64,000 bases of DNA from Octopus vulgaris (lineage: Eukaryota), in the NCBI GenBank assembly GCA_951406725.2, contig OX597826.1, forward strand, positions 48,174,001-48,238,000, in the 5' to 3' direction. How positions within the stretch are numbered: the stretch's first letter is position 1; the number at the start of each line of letters is the position of its first letter. This document shows positions 57,739 to 64,000 of the stretch, piece by piece. Made by a program: the position numbers and the translations under genes. The notes under the pieces were generated by a model. That model ran no database searches and was not told where the DNA came from. It saw only the letters and a program-made list of their open reading frames with translations.

Positions 57739-57742
<4 letters not shown>
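57538..57742 (+). mobile_element. ~200-bp non-coding hammerhead-bearing element inserted in SINE-B (TA)n
   Basis: Colinear homolog of the 37673-37910 element; (TA)n on both sides. Confidence 0.8.
57551..57601 (+). ncRNA. Minimal hammerhead-like ribozyme with G3:C8 core
   Basis: TTTGTCA-GTGAACA-G-GTCGC(GGTCTTATA)GCGAC-GAAA-ATATTT-TGACAAA: 7-bp stem I, 5-bp stem II, palindromic AATATT stem III. Confidence 0.65.
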
Positions 57743-57803
<61 letters not shown>

Positions 57804-58429
57804 TTGCCCAAGGTTCCACGCAGTGGGACTGAACCCGGAACCATGTGGTTCGTAAGCAAGCTACTTACCACACAGCTACGCCTTTTTTTGTTTTTTGTTT
57901 TTTTTTCTCGTTTTACTTTTATTTTTCGGTGCCACCAAACTGTATATTTCTCTCACCTGCTGCTTCTAGCTCATGTCAAGCTGTTTATAAAAATGAAGTC
58001 AGAAGTCAAAGGTGAGATGTTCTGTTGTCACTCTAACTAGAAATATTAATTGTTTCTGGTGGTTACCTTAGCAAGAATACCTTGTATCACATATTGTTAG
58101 GATAAGCTTAGGTTTCTTTATGCAGAAGCGAACAAAACATTTTATTTAAAGAAATGAATTGCTTATTTCAAAACCTTAAAAATTTAATCTATCTCCATGC
58201 TAATCTGGTATTGCCTAGAAAGTAATTAGAATAATTAAATAATTAAAGGTGAAGTAGAGGGTAGTGCGGACTGTTGGGCGAGAAGGGTGTAAACTGTTCC
58301 GGCTGAAACTTTAAAATCTCCTGAATGGAAACTCAATGAAGAAATATATAAAAGATATGCAAATTAGTTTCTCATCTCTAGAAAATGTTATTAATCAAGA
58401 TCCATCTTTGACACAAAGTTCGACCATTT

Positions 58430-59300
58430 TAATAATGCTGGTGGTGGTGCTGGTGATGGTACTGGTGCTGGTGTTGGTGCTGGTGGTGATGGTGGTGATG
58501 ATTATAACGACGATGACGATGAAGATGGTTGTGGTAGTGGTGGTGGTGGTGGCAGCAGTGATGATGATGATGATGCCGATGTTGATAATAAGGATGACGA
58601 TGATCATGCTAAAGATGACAATGATAAGGATGATGATGATGATCATTGCAATGGTACTGACGATGATGGTGATGATGATGACGATAACAACCATGGTGGT
58701 GGTGGTGGTGGTGGTGGTGGTGGTAGGGATGATAATGATGATGATGATGGTAATAGTAGTGGTGACAGTGATGACGATCACTACGTTGTTGATAACGATG
58801 GTGATGCAGATGATGATGGTGGTGGTGGTGGTTGTGGTGGTGGTAGCGATAATGGCGTTAATAATATTGACAATGATGATGATGATGACGATGATGATGA
58901 TGATGATAGAGCGTTACACTGACCAAGTGCCATGTTACAGCAACTCTAAAGTTTCAATTGTGATGTAAAATTTTCTGCTTTCACCCTTTAGTAATATTAG
59001 TGACATAGATTGATTATATCCAAAGGTGATATTTGGTATAGAGGTGGTGGTGGTGGTGGTGACAGCAGTGGCAATGGCCACATTGGTGGTAGTGGTGGTA
59101 GTTGTGGTAGTAGTGGCGTGATGGTGGTGTTGATAATAGTGGTGATATTAGCGGTGTTGGCAACGGTGAGGGGGTGATAGGAGGAAATCGTAGTGGAGAA
59201 GGGTGATGAGGGCGGTAGTAGTATAAAGGTAGTGGTGGTGGTGGTAGTAGTGGTGGTGGTGGTGGTGGTGGTGGTGGTGGTGGTGATGGTGGTGGTGGAG
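58430..59300. repeat. Degenerate (GAT)n/(GGT)n low-complexity tract
   Basis: Directly visible. Confidence 0.9.
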
Positions 59301-59399
59301 GTATTGAATGAATCTGTGGGAAAAAAATGACAAAGATAAACTGCTTATTTCATTCTTTAATTTTGTTTCTCTCAAGTCCTGAGTTCAAATTCTTCCCTG

Positions 59400-59962
59400 A
59401 GTGAGGAGAACTTGATGAAGACTCCAGTTCTTCGGGTTCCACAGATGCGGTCGCTTTCATCAAATGTCCTCCCTCAAATGCTTCAAAACATCACAGTAGA
59501 ACTCTCGATCGATAGTCTGGCCCTCGGGGTTGAATTCTCCATGTTGTACAATACCACATTTCCAGGGGTGTCCCTCGTTGCAGGTCTTCCAGATTGCTCA
59601 TCGTCTTCCAAGAACGTCATCCCACATTTGAAGAACCCATGCCACTCGAAACATTACGTACAACCCATTGCCTGGTTGCTGTAAGTTTGCTGAAGCATGC
59701 TCAATGTCTCTGTAGCAGACTTCCCAGTCTAACGCAAAATTTCTCGTTGGCTTTTTTGTTCTTGTCTATGACAAAGAAATCGCACAGCATACACGTGATC
59801 ACGAAAACACAAATTTCACAACTTGCGAAGCAAACACAAGTGATGTCACTCGACACATTGCCTCATGAAGTTCACTGCTACCTCTCACTGTGCACGCAGC
59901 TGTGTGCTGCCATCTGTTGGCACGCAACTGAACTAGTTTGGAAACTTTTTGATACCATCTCG
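59400..59962 (-). mobile_element. Mariner transposon 5' relic
   Basis: Minus strand TA|CGAGATGGTATCAAAAAGTTTCC TIR; translation SATETLSMLQQTY...CFEWHGFFKCGMTFLEDDEQSGRP. Confidence 0.85.
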
Positions 59963-60531
59963 TATCATTGCAAGAACATATCCAAAATGAGAGAATTCAA
60001 GGACAAAACGGTGTGAATGACATGATCTTAGACTGTCAAAATAAAAAGCACAAGTTTCACTGAACCAGACACCATGTGATCGGTGTCTGGTCAGTGCATT
60101 GCTGGTCTTTCTCGACCAGCCGCCGTCTAGGCTGTTCACCCTTGCCTATTCTCTTGCTCAGTCTGTTAAGACTTTTCAATTCTCATTTGCGCCAGCCTAC
60201 TACGGTCGTCTGATAGTCCAGAGACCCTTTCTGTTATTTATTCATGCTGTAAATATTTATATATATATATTTTCCCATTTGTTGAATAGCTGAATGCTAG
60301 GACATTCCGGACATTGACTGACGATGAAATCGGCTGAAAATGGTCCGTATATCTTGTTTTTGTTATGTTATCGTCTAGTTTTCCACATGTTGTTTTTTGT
60401 TGGATTTCTGCTTGCTGTGTTCTCTCCTTGTTGTGTTCTTTCGGCTGAACCTTTGATTCATATATATTAGAGTGTTTGACAGACAGATAGATAGAGAGTT
60501 TGACAGATAGAGAGATAAAGCAATAGAAAGT

Positions 60532-60575
<44 letters not shown>

Positions 60576-61349
60576 ATTTGTGTCAGAGACAGAGTGACCA
60601 ATTTATCAAAACAGAATTAGTTACAAATTTCAATCAATGTTACTGGTATGATAGAAGACATAAATCTTGTTGGAAGATTCTTTACCAATTATTACAAAGA
60701 ATTTCTTTTTTGGTAAAATGTTGGATGATAGAATTTATACAAAATCCAGTGCTATAAAAGTGTCAAAGACTGGATTAATGATAATGGCAGAAATTATGAC
60801 ATTTATTCCTTAACACAGACAATTCGTATTTGAGAACAATGCAAGAATTTATTCTTCAATTATGCACATGAGAGCAAAAATGCTTACCGATTTTTTTTTA
60901 TTTTTGTAAAAGCAATATCCATTTTTGAATCACAATAATTCACACAAACGATGAAGAGAAATGATGAAGAGACAATTCAATATTTCAAACTAATATGGAT
61001 GCAGTCATGGTTGTGTGGTTAAGAATCTTGTTTTCTTACTTCATGGGTTTGGGTTCAGTTTCAGTGCCCGACACATTTGATGATAGCTTTTTACTACAGC
61101 CTCGGCCTGACCAATACTTTGAAATCAAAATTTATCATCATTGTCGTCATCGTTTAACATCCATCTCCTATGCTGGCATGGGATGGATGGTTTGGCCGGA
61201 GCTGGCCAGCCAGGAGCCTGCATTAGGCTTCTGTGCCTGTTTTGGCAGGGTTTTTATGGTTGGATGCCCTTCCTAACACCAACCCCCCAGCAGAGTGGAC
61301 TGAATGCTTTTCACATGGCATGAGTACATGTGAGGTCAGTTAGAGTATT

Positions 61350-61787
61350 TGTACCAAGCTTTGAAGAAAAAAAGACAAACTTTAGTGAATTGAAAAGGAG
61401 TGATGTTTCATCAGGACAATGCATGACCCCACATTGTGAAGATCACATCACAGAAGATTGAAGAGCTTGGTTAAAAAAAATTCTTCATCTATCTTATTCT
61501 CCCGACCTTGCTCGTTCAGACTACCATATGTTTCATAGTTTACAAAATCATTTGGGCAACATAACATTCACATACCAGGGGGAGGTCGAAACTGACATTT
61601 CAGATTTCTTCGCATTGAAACCAAAAGAGTTTTATATTGATGTGATTAAAATGCTTGTAAATAGATGGAAGGAAGTCATAGATAATCAGGGTAAGTATAT
61701 TGATGATTAAATTTCAATTAGATATAACATTTGATCACTTGTTTTCTTTATTCATAATTTGGACAAAACTTATTCGATGACCTGATA
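61350..61787 (+). mobile_element. Mariner (Mos1-like) transposase 3' relic + TIR
   Basis: HQDNA*PH, SYSPDLARSDYHMFHSLQNHL, FY..I..LVNRWKEVIDNQGKYIDD*; TIR-like CAAAACTTATTCGATGACCTGA|TA. Confidence 0.9.
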
Positions 61788-61809
61788 TATGTGTATGTAT
61801 GTGAGTGTA

Positions 61810-61893
<84 letters not shown>

Positions 61894-62267
61894 CATATAT
61901 GTATCTATATATGTGTGTGCGTATATACATGTATGTATGTGTGTGTATATATATATCTTGGTGACAATAAAAGTGGAAGTTGCAGTTCTAACTGCCTCTT
62001 TGGTTAGACACACGCAACACTTTTGCATAGGTGCCCATGCATTCGAAATAAGGAGCAAGTGCAACATAGTACATTGCACACCATAAAGCAATGCTAGGTA
62101 GGAAGACATTAGCAGACAATACTTCTATACTTAACAGAATTCACCACAGAAGAAGACTGATTGTGAAAGAAATACTAATACAGGTGCACAAAGCTACATT
62201 TAGCATATAATATACACATGTCACGACTTTCTAACAGTAAAGTTATGTCAAGAAAATCTGTACTCAG

Positions 62268-63050
62268 GTGCAGGCGTGGCTGTGTGGTAAGGAGCTTGCT
62301 GCCCAACCACTTGGTTCTGGTTTCAGTCCCATTGTGTGGCACTTTGAGCAAGTGACTTGTACTATAGCTTTGGGCTGACCAAAGCCTTGTGAGTGGAACT
62401 GGAAGACAGAAAATGAAAGAAGCCCATTGCATATATATATGTGTGTGTGTCTGTGTGTGTGTGTGTGTATATATTTAAGAGTGAAGGTGTATCACGCAGT
62501 TGTTAGAGCGTCGAGCATACGATCGTGAGGTTGTGAGTTCGAATCCCAGACCAGGCTGCATGTTGTGTTCCTGAGCAAGACCCTTTATTTCACATTGCTC
62601 CAGTTCACTCAGCTGTAGAAATGAGTTGCAACGTCACTGGTACCAAACTGTATCAGCCCCTTTGCCTTTCCCTTTCCCTTGGATAACACTGGTGGCATGG
62701 TGAGGGGAGGCTGGTATGCATGAGCAACTGCTGGTCTTCCATAAACAACCTTGCCCGGACATGTGCCTGGGAGGGTAACATTCTAAGTGCAATCCCATGG
62801 TCACACATGACTGAAGGGGGTCTCAGCATATATTTATGTGTGTATGTGTCTATGTATCTGTGTTTGTCCCCACCATCACTGCTTGACAATCAGTTTGGTA
62901 TGTTTACATTCCCATAACTTAGCGGTTCAACAAAACAAACCAAAATAATAAGTACTTACAAAGAGAAAGTCCTGGAGTCGATTTGCTTGACTAAAAAAAA
63001 AAATCAAGGAAGTGCTCCAGCTTGGCTGAAGTAAAACAATAAAAGAATTA
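62268..63050 (+). mobile_element. SINE family B interrupted in its internal microsatellite by SINE family D (about 62480-62827)
   Basis: B head 62268-62430 and B tail 62850-63050; the insert has a GAGTTCGAATCCC B box and TTGCTCCAGTTCACTCAGCTGT. Confidence 0.8.
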
Positions 63051-63415
63051 TAAAATAAACATATAGTGCTCACTACAAAATGCATGGCATAAAAGCCAAG
63101 AGAATCTTACATTCTATAGATGAAGCTGAGATAATGTGAGATTATTGATGGTCAATAAAAATTTGGGAATATAATTTAACCTCATGAACCATAAGAGGTA
63201 TGACATACAGGTATGAGTAAGAAGTTGAATATGGAAAAAAAAATCATCTTAGAACATAGTTGTAATTTCAATGCATGTTTAAGCGAAAGGTTGTTCCCTA
63301 TGTAGAGAAACACTTATGAGATCATCATCATCATCATCGTCGTCATCATCGTTGTTGTCGTCATTATCATCATCATCATCATCATCATCATCAATAGATG
63401 TCCATCTTCCATGAT

Positions 63416-63526
<111 letters not shown>

Positions 63527-63813
63527 TGATAGACAGACACACACACACAAACAGAGACACAGATAGAAAGATAGATAGACAGATAGGTAGATAGAGAGAT
63601 AGATATACGGATAGATATACAGTCGGATATAGATACAATACATATATATAGTTATATATAGATATCTATACATATGCATGTATGTATACATGCATATATA
63701 TATATATATATATATGTATGTATTTATATATATATAAACCATGCAATCAAACATACATATATACATATACAGATACAATACATAGTTACATATGTATACA
63801 TATATAAATGTAC

Positions 63814-63859
<46 letters not shown>

Positions 63860-64000
63860 ACACACAGATATATATATATATAATATATATATGTATATAT
63901 AATGATCTTGTTTTCTTTGTCAGTTTGTTTCAAACAGAAGAATTGAATCCTCTTGCCAGCTAAAATGCCTACTAGTTCTTCATTTCATTTTAGAGATATG

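Larger units (their letters stand above)
56630..57880 (-). mobile_element. SINE family B copies (diverged 56630-57240; 57268-57880 interrupted)
   Basis: Family B matches; the last copy carries the 57538-57742 insert in its internal (TA)n. Confidence 0.85.

Overview
AT-rich, microsatellite-saturated eukaryotic DNA. The tRNA-derived SINE families and repeat style suggest an octopus or other coleoid cephalopod; this is inferred, not proven. No host protein-coding gene can be called with confidence, and almost all ORFs in the track are simple-repeat artefacts. Recognisable content: (1) dozens of copies of two tRNA-headed SINE families plus rarer SINEs; (2) a young 5'-truncated Penelope-like element (PLE; RT C-terminus + GIY-YIG, uninterrupted frame, 12660-13790) nested in a SINE; (3) a second decayed PLE with an inverted duplication; (4) RTE and R4/Dong LINE 3' fragments; (5) four mariner relics and a Tc1/mariner MITE. 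The most interesting signal is a set of short non-coding elements, mostly anchored in (TA)n, that carry minimal hammerhead-ribozyme-like folds with non-canonical cores. One family has a G3:C8-swapped core (GUGAACA) and is present twice (57551-57601 +, 37760-37810 -). Two of these hammerhead-bearing elements sit in the internal microsatellite of the same SINE family. Several perfect hairpins and non-repetitive islands are also flagged.
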